Positions 28,788 to 42,035 are shown, counted from the stretch's first letter. The stretch is 64,000 bases of DNA from Octopus vulgaris (GCA_951406725.2 OX597832.1:39060001-39124000), one strand, 5' to 3'. Numbers and translations: made by a program. Notes: generated by a model from the letters alone, not told the origin.

Positions 28788-29333
28788 TATGATGAAAGCT
28801 ATTCAAGCAATCACTTCCCTTCAATTCGTTGCTGAGTAGTTTTGGATTCATCGTGGTGCTACCCTTGGGTAAATGCCGTTTTCCACAGTTTTGGGTTAAT
28901 CCAAGGCTGGTGAGTGAAATTTATTACATGCATGTATGATATTCTCAGTCAAAAATATTTTTGCAAAATTGTCGTATGTGGGGCTTACTACACTTTTGAA
29001 ATATGCTAAACCATTGTACTACACTTTGTCAATTTTCTTCTGAAGCAGCTGGAGGTACGACAGTTTGAGCAAAAAAACGGCTATTGCAAAAAAAATTAAA
29101 TATTGCAAAAAAAAAACGCGTTTGGCTAATTTTGGACATATGACAGTTTAACATAATAGCAAATATATTTGTGTCTAACCGTTCCCAACGGTTCGGCAAA
29201 TAAAATGCGACAGAATAAGTGATAGGCTTTAAAAGAATAAGTACTGAGAAGCATTCATTCGACTAAAATTCTTCAAGGCTGTGCCCCAGCATGGCCGCAG
29301 TCTAATGACTGCAAGAAGTAACAGATAATATAC

Positions 29334-29398
<65 letters not shown>

Positions 29399-29520
29399 TG
29401 TATATATATATAGTTAATCCAAACAAGAAAGCACAAAAAAAACACAACAACGCGAGGACGTGGAACAAATATTGGACGCTCAGGAAAGATCCAGAGAAAG
29501 GAAGACATGTCTATGTTTAC

Positions 29521-29551
<31 letters not shown>

Positions 29552-29941
29552 TGTATGTATGTATGTATGTATGTATGTGTCTGTATGCATTCTGTTATTT
29601 ATATAGATACATATAGATACATACATAGATACATACACAAATATATTTGTGTTTGTGTGTGTGTATATATATGTGTGTGCATACTCCTTGGCACAAATCC
29701 GAGCAAGGTTGTTTGTTGTATACCAGCCTCTCCCCTCCACGCCTAGGATGTTATCCAAGGGAAAGGCAAAGGCCGGCACAACGTGACACCAATGGCGGCG
29801 CAACTCATTACTACAGCTGCGTGAACTGGAGCAACGTAAAAATAAAGTGTCTTTCTCAAGAACACGACATACAACCCGGTCCGGGAATCGAACTCACAAC
29901 CTCGTGATTGCAAACCCGACGCTCTGATATATTTATGCATA

Positions 29942-30004
<63 letters not shown>

Positions 30005-31165
30005 GCGTGCGTGTGTGTGCGTGCGTGACTCAGAAAGAAAAAGAGACGGGGAGAATTAAAGTTAACGGTTGAAACTTTAAAAATAAAAATATTCCTAAAC
30101 AAATATACTTTATTTATTCTTCTGTCTATTTGATTTTTATCAGCGAATCAGCCTCGGGGGACAAATAAATGTACTGAAGAGTCTTTAAACCGGAACTATT
30201 AATAATCAGAATAATAGATGATACCATTTGTGGATGAGTTTATGTAGCAATTTCGAGAGACGATGCGTCTGTGGCAGAATTGGTTAAAGTAATATCATAT
30301 TCAGACTGTTGACAATACATATGCTTGGAGCGTTAAATCTTCTCTGTACTTGAAACACTCAAACAGAAATTCAAATATATGTATTGTAATTTGTAGACTC
30401 TTTAAGAAACTAAATAATTGTTGAAGAATTGATTTTTAAATTCCAGAACTGGCAAGCTATATATATATTTTTTTTTTAATTTTGTGAATATCTGTTTATT
30501 GCTTTTATCTTTTTATTGCTATGACAACAGAAATCTGTCACGTCTTTTCACAACTAGGTAGGGTAATATAATTTTGGTAGAAACGTAAATTGCTCGATAT
30601 TAGTAATATCATCTCAGCATATGATGAAAGCTATTCAAGCAATCACTTCCCTTCAATTCGTTGCTGAGTAGTTTTGGATTCATCGTGGTGCTACCCTTGG
30701 GTAAATGCCGTTTTCCACAGTTTTGGGTTAATCCAAGGCTGGTGAGTGAAATTTATTACATGCATGTATGATATTCTCAGTCAAAAATATTTTTGCAAAA
30801 TTGTCGTATGTGGGGCTTACTACACTTTTGAAATATGCTAAACCATTGTACTACACTTTGTCAATTTTCTTCTGAAGCAGCTGGAGGTACGACAGTTTGA
30901 GCAAAAAAACGGCTATTGCAAAAAAAATTAAATATTGCAAAAAAAAAACGCGTTTGGCTAATTTTGGACATATGACAGTTTAACATAATAGCAAAGATAT
31001 TTGTGTCTAACCGTTCCCAACGGTTCGGCAAATAAAATGCGACAGAATAAGTGATAGGCTTTAAAAGAATAAGTACTGAGAAGCATTCATTCGACTAAAA
31101 TTCTTCAAGGCTGTGCCCCAGCATGGCCGCAGTCTAATGACTGCAAGAAGTAACAGATAATATAC

Positions 31166-31216
<51 letters not shown>

Positions 31217-31339
31217 GTGTATATATATATAGTTAATCCAAACAAGAAAGCACAAAAAAAACACAACAACGCGAGGACGTGGAACAAATATTGGACGCTC
31301 AGGAAAGATCCAGAGAAAGGAAGACATGTCTATGTTTAC

Positions 31340-31370
<31 letters not shown>

Positions 31371-31768
31371 TGTATGTATGTATGTATGTATGTATGTATG
31401 TATGTGTGTCTGTATGCATTCTGTTATTTATATAGATACATATAGATACATACATAGATACATACACAAATATATTTGTGTTTGTGTGTGTGTGTATATA
31501 TGTGTGTGCATACTCCTTGGCACAAATCCGAGCAAGGTTGTTTGTTGTATACCAGCCTCTCCTCCACGCCTAGGATGTTATCCAAGGGAAAGGCAAAGGC
31601 CGGCACAACGTGACACCAATGGCGGCGCAACTCATTACTACAGCTGCGTGAACTGGAGCAACGTAAAAATAAAGTGTCTTTCTCAAGAACACGACATACA
31701 ACCCGGTCCGGGAATCGAACTCACAACCTCGTGATTGCAAACCCGACGCTCTGATATATTTATGCATA

Positions 31769-31830
<62 letters not shown>

Positions 31831-32447
31831 CGTGCGTGCGTGTGTGTGCGTGCGTGACTCAGAAAGAAAAAGAGACGGGGAGAATTAAAGTTAACGGTTG
31901 AAACTTTAAAAATAAAAATATTCCTAAACAAATATACTTTATTTATTCTTCTGTCTATTTGATTTTTATCAGCGAATCAGCCTCGGGGGACAAATAAATG
32001 TACTGAAGAGTCTTTAAACCGGAACTATTAATAATCAGAATAATAGATGATACCATTTGTGGATGAGTTTATGTAGCAATTTCGAGAGACGATGCGTCTG
32101 TGGCAGAATTGGTTAAAGTAATATCATATTCAGACTGTTGACAATACATATGCTTGGAGCGTTAAATCTTCTCTGTACTTGAAACACTCAAACAGAAATT
32201 CAAATATATGTATTGTAATTTGTAGACTCTTTAAGAAACTAAATAATTGTTGAAGAATTGATTTTTAAATTCCAGAACTGGCAAGCTATATATATATTTT
32301 TTTTTTAATTTTGTGAATATCTGTTTATTGCTTTTATCTTTTTATTGCTATGACAACAGAAATCTGTCACGTCTTTTCACAACTAGGTAGGGTAATATAA
32401 TTTTGGTAGAAACGTAAATTGCTCGATATTAGTAATATCATCTCAGC
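28788..32447. repeat. Direct tandem duplication, two units of ~1.83 kb (28788-30618 and 30620-32447)
   Basis: Both units begin TATGATGAAAGCTATTCAAGC and end ATATCATCTCAGC. They differ mainly in microsatellite and homopolymer lengths plus a few substitutions. Confidence 0.97.
29740..29925 (-). mobile_element. CORE-type SINE family C, variant tail (duplicated at ~31567-31752)
   Basis: GTGAGTTCGATTCC B box, then GTGTTCTTGAGAAAGACACTTTATTTTTACGTTGCTCCAG. Confidence 0.8.
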
Positions 32448-33489
32448 TATCTTATTTCATATGCTTGCATACACTATATAAGCGATTATAGTCCTATGTG
32501 TTTTAGGTATACTGGTTTCATTTAACTTTCACAGCTAAGAAAACCGCTGGAACCTTAAGCCATATAAATGTGCGATATTTTGTTTCTCTTATTTTACTGT
32601 GAGTATTCTCATTCATTTATATTTCAGTGCCTAACAGTCACATATTTTTTATATGAGATGGAAGTTCTGGTGCTTTCGTAAAGTATTTGTTTACATTTCT
32701 CCTTTTATCATCTCAAAGGCACCTACTGTGATATACAGCTCTTACGAAAGGCCTGTGTTTGTAACTTCAAAACAGACAATATCAAAATGTTTTCAGTCAA
32801 AAATAATCGTCACATTCCGCATGTATTATTTCTAGATATCTATATATCAGTCTAGATTCTGAATATATTTTTTCTATATCCTTTTAGTCAAAAGGCCTTG
32901 ATCCCTTACAAAGCCACCAAGATTGGTGAAAGCGACGGAGTAGGGTATCCTCGATCAAGGAACCTAACCCGAATGCTGGTAACAGAATGGACTCCGCTAC
33001 GAGCACTCGAGTTGCCAGGTGATAGCATTTTATTAAGAGACAAATTAACCCCATCAATCAAAGAGGCCACGGCGGGATTTGAACTAAGAATACAAAAGCC
33101 GAAACAAATACTGAAAGATATTCAGCCCGACGTCCTTACAAGCTCCAACGTTCCACCTCTCAGAAATGATAAAAAGCAAACTTGATATCTGCGGGATTTG
33201 AACTGGGAGCAAGGAAACTCAAACAGATACCACAATGCTTTCTGTCTGTCACTTTTACCACCTTGCCAGTTCACTGCCTTATATATCTATAACCCTCTAC
33301 ATTCAGCGTATCTTTATAACCCCACATTCTTGGTGCCACTATAACCCCAGTCAGCATATCTCTATATCAACACATTCTGCATTTCTGTTTTTCTTGGTCT
33401 TTGGAGATCCTTTTTTATCGTCCGTTAGAATTGATTCATCGAGTAGATTTTATTTCTTCTTTCTTAGTATCCTGGTGAGGTTAGACTAA

Positions 33490-33900
33490 TGTCTGGGTGA
33501 TCGAGCTTTTCAGACGTATCTGTGTGAATCGGAATATCCTAATAGCAAGTCTCTTTGTCTCTCGAAATATATTTTCCTTCTGATGGCGATCGGTTTTATT
33601 TTTGTTATTCGGTTCTTTCGTTTTGTAATTATGTCTTTCATTTACTCAACGCCTGTTCGCTATAAATCTTTTCATTGGTGTTAATTTATTCATAGAATTT
33701 GTTTTCCGTGGGCGAACACTGTCAAAGGTCTTCTAGCAATCAATCTATGTCATACTCAGATCCATGTTTCTCCTCCTACAGTTTCCCGTTATGGTTTTGT
33801 TTTTCTGTTTAAGAACTTCGGATTCATATCAGTCTTTGCATTATGATTTGTATTCCTCTGGAATTTTGACATTTATTTCAGTTTATCATCTCTTTCATAC
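33490..33900 (-). pseudogene. Highly decayed LINE reverse transcriptase fragment
   Basis: The minus strand near 33705-33745 reads IDC*KTFDSV (the DxxKAFDSV motif). Confidence 0.4.
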
Positions 33901-34299
33901 TATAATATTACTGTTAAAACTTTATATGTTATAGGAAAGCAGGTTGTGGGCGGGTAGTTTTGGGAAAATAAGATGAAATTTTCCTTCGATTTGCTCTTCG
34001 TGTGCAGTTTTCTGGTACTTCCGGGAAATTACTGTAGAATTTTGCCAGTATTTCTTTTTAATATATATTTTCTATGGTTTAGTGAAAGAAAGAATGAGAG
34101 CAGTCATAATCATTTCGATGACTCCAAGACTAGTGGGGGTGGGGGTGAGAAAGGATGTCCACCCCAGATCGGAGTCCTTCCTGAATAGTTACTACAGAGT
34201 GGATTTTGCATTCTCGTTTGTACTGATTTATTCGCTGCGCGTATCTCTTCGTCACAAATCTACTTGCTTTGCTATTAGAAGTGCATTCTTTCCCTTCTC

Positions 34300-34451
34300 T
34301 TTTACACTTCTTTTAACCATTAGATTGTGGCCATGCTGGGGCACCACCCCTTTTTTTTGTCGAACTGATCGACTCCGTACTAATTTTCAGTCTCTAAGTT
34401 AAGTGGACGTAAACACACCAGCATCGGTTGGCAAGCAGTGGTGAGGCACAA

Positions 34452-34511
<60 letters not shown>

Positions 34512-34788
34512 ATATATCAAATGAAATAAATGAAAAACAGGACACAAAGGATGTTGCGGTACATATGTTTCGAGCTTTATAGAACAACTTATTCTTACAT
34601 CAATGCATAATCGACATAACAGATAGTTCAAAAGCCCTCTTCAGCCGCATGCAAAATCCACTCACACGGCTTCGATTGGCGCTTGGCTATAGTAAAAGAC
34701 ACATGCTCAAGGTGCGAAGTAGTGGGACTGAACCAGATACCATGTGATTGAGAAACAAACATCCTACCACACAGCCAAACCTACGCCT
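34300..34788 (-). mobile_element. SINE family A carrying an inserted PLE hammerhead segment
   Basis: The SINE head (34655-34788) and tail (34300-34452) flank a (TA)n tract plus a foreign segment at 34517-34652. Confidence 0.8.
34555..34649 (-). ncRNA. Type I hammerhead ribozyme, intact core
   Basis: TGCGG CTGAAGA GGGCTTT...AAAGCTC GAAAC ATAT GTA CCGCA. Perfect 5-bp stem I, CUGANGA, 7-bp stem II, GAAA, palindromic ACATATGT helix III and a GUA cleavage triplet. Confidence 0.85.
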
Positions 34789-35329
34789 ATATTTTTAGCA
34801 AGTTTAATTTTCTGTAAATTTCATTTTGGACAGGAAAACTCTTTGTTTTGCTCAGAGATGCTGTCTTGTTTCATAGGGACGGATTCTATACTATTTGGAG
34901 AAGATTTCGTGCTTCAGTTCTGTTTCTTTTGATGGCTTCCTTGCTCAAAATCTATCATGCATATTAACATTCTTAGGCAGATAACTTGCAGAACTGTTTG
35001 AATATCGGCCAGGGAAGCGTTGTGGGCTCTTCCTTCTCATTTATATAATAGCATTTGTGCCAAGACTTACCAGGCTTCCAAATGTCTTTCCCTTGAGAAA
35101 TACATCGGTCACGTGAAAAAGAAAGGTTTTACATGCATTGGCAACTGCTAGACTTTCGTATAAAAAAATTCACGTGCACCACTTGCACATAAAGGAGGGT
35201 ATACACGGCCAACCCAGCGGATGTATTGCATTAAATTCGTTGCGTGAATTATTTTTTTTTTGCTTGGATTTTATCATGCTTCTTTCTGTTAGGTTTAGTC
35301 TGACACTCACATATATATATGTATATATA

Positions 35330-35504
35330 TACACATATATACGACGGGCTTCTTTCAGTTTCTGTCTACCAAATCCACTCACAAGGCTTTGGTCGGCCCA
35401 TGGCTATAGTGGAAGACACTTGCCTAAGGTGCTACGCAGTGGGACTGAACCCGGAACCTTGTGGTTGGTAAACAAGCTACTTACCACACAGCCGCTCCTA
35501 CGCC

Positions 35505-35505
<1 letters not shown>
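35330..35505 (-). mobile_element. SINE family A, 5' half
   Basis: Matches the family A head up to the internal (TA)n. Confidence 0.85.
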
Positions 35506-35560
<55 letters not shown>

Positions 35561-36829
35561 AATGTGTGTGTGTGTGCATGTATTTATGTATATATAAGTT
35601 CAGAGTGTATTTTCTCACATTAGTGAGGTTGTTTTTGAGACTATTAAATTACCCACGATGTTGCCCAGTGTTCTCTCCAGGTGTTATACAGATGTTATGC
35701 ATTCATGTATAACATCGAGAACTTTGGATCTTATATTTTGTCGGTAATGTGCAGCTGAAATGCATTTATGTATTATAGAAACGTATGTGTTTATGGTGCA
35801 TTTATATTCTTCTCTTTCCAGTTACTTTATGGACATTATCATCAGTTTATCGGGAACCAGGTCGATTTTTGTTTTATGTCCACGACACTGTAAACTAAAT
35901 ATAGTAAACTGCGTAGTATAAATAGTCACTGCAAACTAACTGCATTATACCAATCACACCTTCGTGAACCGAAGCAGTTATTAAATGAAGGTTTTTACAA
36001 TTCTACAATTCCATTTCTCTTATTGTTGAACTGTGTAAACCGGTGTTCGGAAGCTTCGATGCTTCGAGAATCACCTTGGTTACATCTCGTGATATGGTTT
36101 ATTATGCAGTTCTTTTAAGCAGAGTACACTTAGAATTTAATTAACTACGCTATAAAGAGAAAATTAATAAACATAATTAGAAATCTTATTAATTCCTATT
36201 TTATTTTATTTTTTTTTTTTTTTGTTTTCAATTTTATGTTACGGGAAATATATGGACAAATATTCATATTTATGATTCTCCGATTCCAGTGTGAGATGTC
36301 GCATGAGAAAACATATTGTGAATTATCGCATTCCTTTTACAAAACCTCGTAGAAAAGTTAACGTATTGACGTTATGTGCCGAAGGGGAAAATATCAAAAA
36401 TCGATATTTAATTTCCCTGCTCAAATTTTTTTTATTATATTTCGTTTCACGCATTTTCCAACCGTTATTTTCTGTCCACGTTGTTATTAACATCAGCATC
36501 ATAATCATCATCGTCTTTATTAATATTATTATTGTTATTAATTGTTGTTGATTTATTTGTTTTTCGTAGTTGTTTTATTATTATTCTTTTTTGTTTTTCT
36601 TCTTACTGACGAAATTTCTGTAATTTTTTTTCCAATGCTTTCAATTATTTGAACTGATTATATATATATTTTTTTTACTCATATTAACGCCTTCCATTAA
36701 ATTATTGCTTTCCTAACAACACAAACACAAGAAAAGAAAAAAAACACATACACACACTGTCGTATTAATTGCAAAGCTATTTATTCATGTTTTTCAACCG
36801 ATTGTTTTTGGCGCTTGATTATATATAAA

Positions 36830-36924
36830 TATATATATATATACATATATATATATACAAGCGCATGCATACACGCACACACATATATATTGATATATTT
36901 TAATATTATATGTATATATATATA

Positions 36925-36981
<57 letters not shown>

Positions 36982-37047
36982 ATATATATATACATATAAT
37001 ATTAAAATATATCAATATGTATGTGTGTGCGTGTATGCATGCGCTTG

Positions 37048-37075
<28 letters not shown>
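36830..37075. repeat. ~240 bp palindrome centred on (TA)n
   Basis: TACAAGCGCATGCATACACGCACACACATA.ATATTGATATATTTTAATATTATATG is mirrored as its reverse complement after the TA tract. Confidence 0.9.
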
Positions 37076-37121
<46 letters not shown>

Positions 37122-37219
37122 ATATTACATTATATATATAATACTATATATTTGAATATTATATGTGTATATATGTGTATATATTTATAATGCATTCATA
37201 AATATAAATATCTATGTAT

Positions 37220-37587
37220 TTTCTCTTTACTTGTTTCAGTCATTTGACTGCGGCCATGCTGGCGCACCGCCTTTAGTCGAGCAAATCGACTCCAGGTCTT
37301 ATTCTTTGCCGAACTGCTAAGTTATGGGGACGCAAACACACCACCGTCGGTTGTCAAGCGATGTTGGGGGGACAAATACAGACACACAAACATATACACA
37401 CACATATATATATATATATACATATATGCGACGGGCTTCTTTCAGTTTCCATCAACCAAATCCTCTCACAAGGCTTCGGTCGGCCCGAAGCTATAGTAGA
37501 AGACACTTGCCCAAGGTGCCACGCAGTGGGAATGAACCCGGAACCATGTGGTTGGTAAGCAAGCTACTTACCACACAGCCACTCCTG
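37220..37587 (-). mobile_element. SINE family A
   Basis: Head, CORE-like block, internal microsatellite and tail are all present. Confidence 0.9.
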
Positions 37588-38679
37588 TATGTATGTATGT
37601 ATGTATGTATGTATGTATGTATCTGTGTGTGTATGTATGTATGTATGTATGTATGTATGTATGCATGCATGTGTGTGTGTGTGTATGCATGTATGTGTGT
37701 GTGTATGCATGTATGTATGCAGGCATTCCCAGAGATATGGAATCGTTGAGTTCCTGAAAATCTTGCCCTAAACTGAAATTGTGTAAAGCAACATGTTTTT
37801 TTTTAACTATTTCATTGCGGTTGAATCGAGAATAGGTTCCACGTAACGGGATTATCCGTTGTGACATGAGTTTCAACGACATATTTGCGTAACGCGAGTG
37901 AGTCAATATATGTACGTTTCTGTATGTGTGTGTGTGTATGAGTAGGTATATGCGTGTGTATGTGTGTGTTTGGCGTTTATGTTTGTATGCATATATTCAT
38001 ATATGCCTAAAGATATTTACATTCATACACACACATGCATATATATATATATATATGCATATATATATATGCATATATGCATATATATATATATGCATAT
38101 ATATATATATGCACATATATATATGCATATATACACTCATACATAATACATACATACATACATACATACATACACACATATTCATAGTTATTATTATGTG
38201 TGTGTATGTGTGTGTAAACGTGGAATTTCTGCTGCAAACAACACGTAGTCAAGTCCTCTAAGTTTGTTGTTTATTTGTATATTTAGAGGCGATGCTATAG
38301 TTAACATCTGTTGTTTACCTTTTGTTAAGCTAACCAGAAACCCCGTAGTCTGATTGGCTTCTTTCTTTGTTATTCTTTAAAGGCTAAAGTTTTGAAGAAA
38401 TTCTAAAATTTTTGTTTACGTAAAACATAAATTTAAAAGACGGAGGTGCCAGTAACAGGCCGCCATATTTGAAGGAGAAGTTGGAGTGGATTTAGTGGGG
38501 AGGATGGAATATACTTCTTAGTTCCTTTGCTTCAGTTGATCGATTGATTCCCACCTCCTCTAAGCACAAAGATTAAAATGTTGCCCAAACGCTACTTTCA
38601 CAAACATTGACAACAACAACAACCAATCAAACTCCAAAACTACCTCTAGTAAATTCATGGTCAACTCTGTTTTATACTG

Positions 38680-38890
38680 GTTTCAAATTTGGGCAAAAAG
38701 TCAGCAATTTCAGGGCTGGGTATAAGTCGATTACATCGATACAACTATTCAACAGTTACTTACTTTATCGACCTCGAACAGGTAAAAGGCAAAGTCGACC
38801 TCGGCGGAATTAGAAGCCAAAACGAAAAGACGAACGAAATATTGCAAAGCATTTGGCCGGTCGTGCTAACGATACTGCCAGCTCGCCGGC
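38680..38890 (-). mobile_element. SINE family B
   Basis: AAAGGCAAAGTCGACCTCGGCGGAATT...GTGCTAACGATACTGCCAGCTCGCC. Confidence 0.8.
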
Positions 38891-38970
38891 TGGCTCTTTG
38901 TACCATATTAACTCTTATTAGCAAATGAAACACGTACTCGGAAATATATATATATATATATATATATATA

Positions 38971-39143
38971 CCGGAGTAAACACATAAGTGTGAAACAAGG
39001 TGGAAAAAAGAGTACTCAAATACCAGTGGTAGAGTAATATGCTTTATTTAAAGCAGCAGAAAATTCAACAAAACCTGTTACTCTGAGTTTCCCGTTGCCT
39101 CAGAGTAACAGGTTTTGTTGAATTTTCTGCTGCTTTAAATAAA

Positions 39144-39144
<1 letters not shown>
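38971..39144. mobile_element. PLE pLTR fragment folded back as a perfect 46-bp inverted repeat, inside (TA)n
   Basis: Arms 39042-39087 and 39099-39144 are exact reverse complements. The loop and arm on the minus strand read GAAAC TCAGA GTA ACAG, the 3' half of a hammerhead. Confidence 0.7.
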
Positions 39145-39201
<57 letters not shown>

Positions 39202-39486
39202 ATCACTGTTTTCAGCGAATGTTTGCTTTGCTATCGAAAAAATTATAAAGAATGAAATTTTAAATAGATATTTCTTCCTTATTTCCTGTTTTATTTTGTA
39301 TGATGCCCCCCACCCCCGAGATAATTTTTTTTTCATTAGATCATATGAATGTGAACTCTAAGGATTTTTATGTTGGGACTATGTAAGTCGCTCGAAATGC
39401 ATTTCTAGCAACTTGTCTTGGATTGGAATCGCAGAGTATAATATTGATTCAGATAGCCAATTGTGTTTTCAGACAGTAATACATAC

Positions 39487-39561
<75 letters not shown>

Positions 39562-39589
39562 AGAAAAAGCAACAAGACTGGATTAGTTG

Positions 39590-39663
39590 TTCAGTACAAT
39601 TGTTTCATACGAAGAACAGCAAATATTGCAGCAAATACAAGTGTCCCGTATTCATCAGCCAAA
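39590..39663 (-). ncRNA. Type I hammerhead ribozyme in a PLE-like element (~39560-40455)
   Basis: TTTGG CTGATGA ATACG...CGTAT GAAAC AATT GTA CTGAA. Both cores intact, stem II ATACG/CGTAT, palindromic ACAATTGT, GUA triplet. Stem I is G-U rich. Confidence 0.75.
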
Positions 39664-40453
39664 ACACATTTGAGTTTTCCAAACATCCTAGTGGGTGAGG
39701 CTACACTCATGAAGTATCGAAGAGAGTTCTATGAAAAGCAATGTTAGATTGTAAGCAGACTTCAAATGTTCTCTAATGATGCAGTTTTATAAAAGGTTTT
39801 TAAAAAAGTTTGTTAGCTTCACAGAAAAGGTAAATCCATCCATAATAATGCAGGTGTAATTTCCGGAGATATGAGGAGAGATTTTATACTCAGAAAAGAT
39901 GAATGTATCCATAATAATGTAGATGTAATTTCCTGATATATGAGAGGATGTTGATCACACTTCTAACCGTTTCACAAAACTACTATGTTGGAAGAAGAGG
40001 TTGGCTATATTGGCTAAAAGAAGTCGCAAAAGAAGTCAGTGAAGCAGAAACCGCCCAAATAAGGACATTATGGGATATTATGGGAGGAAGGGGTGTAAGT
40101 ACACAACCTACAAAGTTTAGTTTATTTCTGTGGTGACAGAAAATCTAGGTCAGTGTTGCAGGAATCTAAGATTTATAATTTATAAGAGAACATTATTTTT
40201 GACCATCATACAGCTATTAACTGCCACTATTACAGAGTTAATGGTGGGTTAAAGAATATAAAGAGAACAAAAGACAGTATCAAAGGGGTCAAATGCTATC
40301 AGTAGAGGAAAATACATTAAGGGATTTAAGTGCAACACTAGAACAGGAGGTTATTTATTTATTTATTTATTATTGTTTCTATTTATACTAATGTTTATAC
40401 ATTATAAGACAGACTTTAGGTCTATACCTAGAGGTCAATTAATTTCTATAGTA

Positions 40454-40524
<71 letters not shown>

Positions 40525-40976
40525 CATACATATACTGTATGTGTGTGTTTGTGTCTGTGTTGTGTGGGAAGGAGAGTGCGTGAACGCATGTGTTAAAGGA
40601 GAAAGTGATAACAAATTTATATTTTCCGAATGTATCAAATGTTTTATTTGTGTTTTTTTGTACGAAGATCTCACTCTATAAATATCCATTCTGATTGTAT
40701 GTTTATTTGATGTTTCCCAACATGTATCAATGTATTTCACTTCGTCATCTTCTTGATTTTTATTCTTGTTATTCTTGTTGCTGTTGTTGTATTACGGTGT
40801 TTCGTTGATATATCCTGGAGTAATGCACTGAGTAAACCAACACGTTTTATCTGTTAATAAATATTTTACATATTGCACGGAATAACTATTACAGCGTGTT
40901 GATAAATCCTTGTGAATTCTGATTAATTAAATAATCAAAGATTCTAGTCTATAATAACGATATAACTGATATGGTT

Positions 40977-41770
40977 AAGGCGGCGAGGTTACATAATCGT
41001 TATCACGCCAAGCAAAATGCTTACCGGTATTCCGTCTATATAAGGCGGCGAGCTGGCAGAAACGTTAGCACGTCGAGCCAAGTGCTTAGCGGTATTTCGT
41101 CTGCCGCTACGTTCTGAGTTCAAATTAGGCCTTTACCTTTCATCCTTTCGGGGTCGATAAATTAAGTACCAGTTACGCACTGGGGTCGATGTAATCGACT
41201 TAATCCGTCTGTCTGTCCTTGTTTGTCCTCTCTGTGTTTAGCCCCTTGTGGGTAGTAAAGAAATAGGTATTTCATCTGCCGTTACGTTCTGAGTTCAAAT
41301 TCCGCCGAGATCGACTTTGCCTTTCATCCTTTCGGGGTCGATTAAATAAGTACCAGTTACGCACAGGGGTCGATGTAATCGACTTAATCCATTTGTCTGT
41401 CCTTGTTTGTCCTCTCTGTGTTTAGCCCCTTGTGGGTAGTAAAGAAATAGGTATTTCATCTGCCGTTACATTCTGAGTTCAAATTCCGCCGAGATCGACT
41501 TTGCCTTTCATCCTTTCGGGGTCGATAAATTAAGTACCAGTTACGCACTGGGGTCGATGTAATCGACTTAACCCGTTTGTCTGTCCTTGTTTGTCCCTTC
41601 TGTGTTTAGCCCCTTGTGGGTAGTAAAGAAATAGGTATTTCGTCCATATTTATTTTCTGAGTTCAAATTCCACTGAGGTCAGCTTTACCTTTTGCATTTT
41701 TAAGGACGATGAACACTGGATGATGAAATTGACTTAAGGCTTTCCTGCAAATTTTCTGGGCGTGTGCTAA
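40977..41770 (+). mobile_element. Nested/tandem SINE family B array (2 heads, 4 bodies)
   Basis: Old head at 40977-41041 and young head at 41042-41090. Bodies start at GGTATTTC at 41091, 41266, 41450 and 41634 (periods 175, 184, 184). Confidence 0.92.
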
Positions 41771-42035
41771 AACTGGAAACTAATATCACTGATACACGTT
41801 AAATCTCCACGGCTTGCAATCTGGGAGAATCGGCAATGCAGAGGACCAGATGCCTTTCTGTAGTTTTAAGTTATGTTTCTTTCTGTTCTATCTTCAAATC
41901 CTATTGAGATTTATTTCACCTTTCCTACTTGCAGTGTGGATAATAAACTGGCACTCGGCCGGCTACGACGAAGGTTCCAGTTGATCTGATCAATGGACCA
42001 GCCTGCCTGTTAAATTAACGTGAAAATGGCAGAGT

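Noticed and set aside
41091-41690. CRISPR-like regular repeats
   Set aside because: Whole units repeat with no unique spacers; they are SINE bodies in a eukaryotic context with no cas genes.
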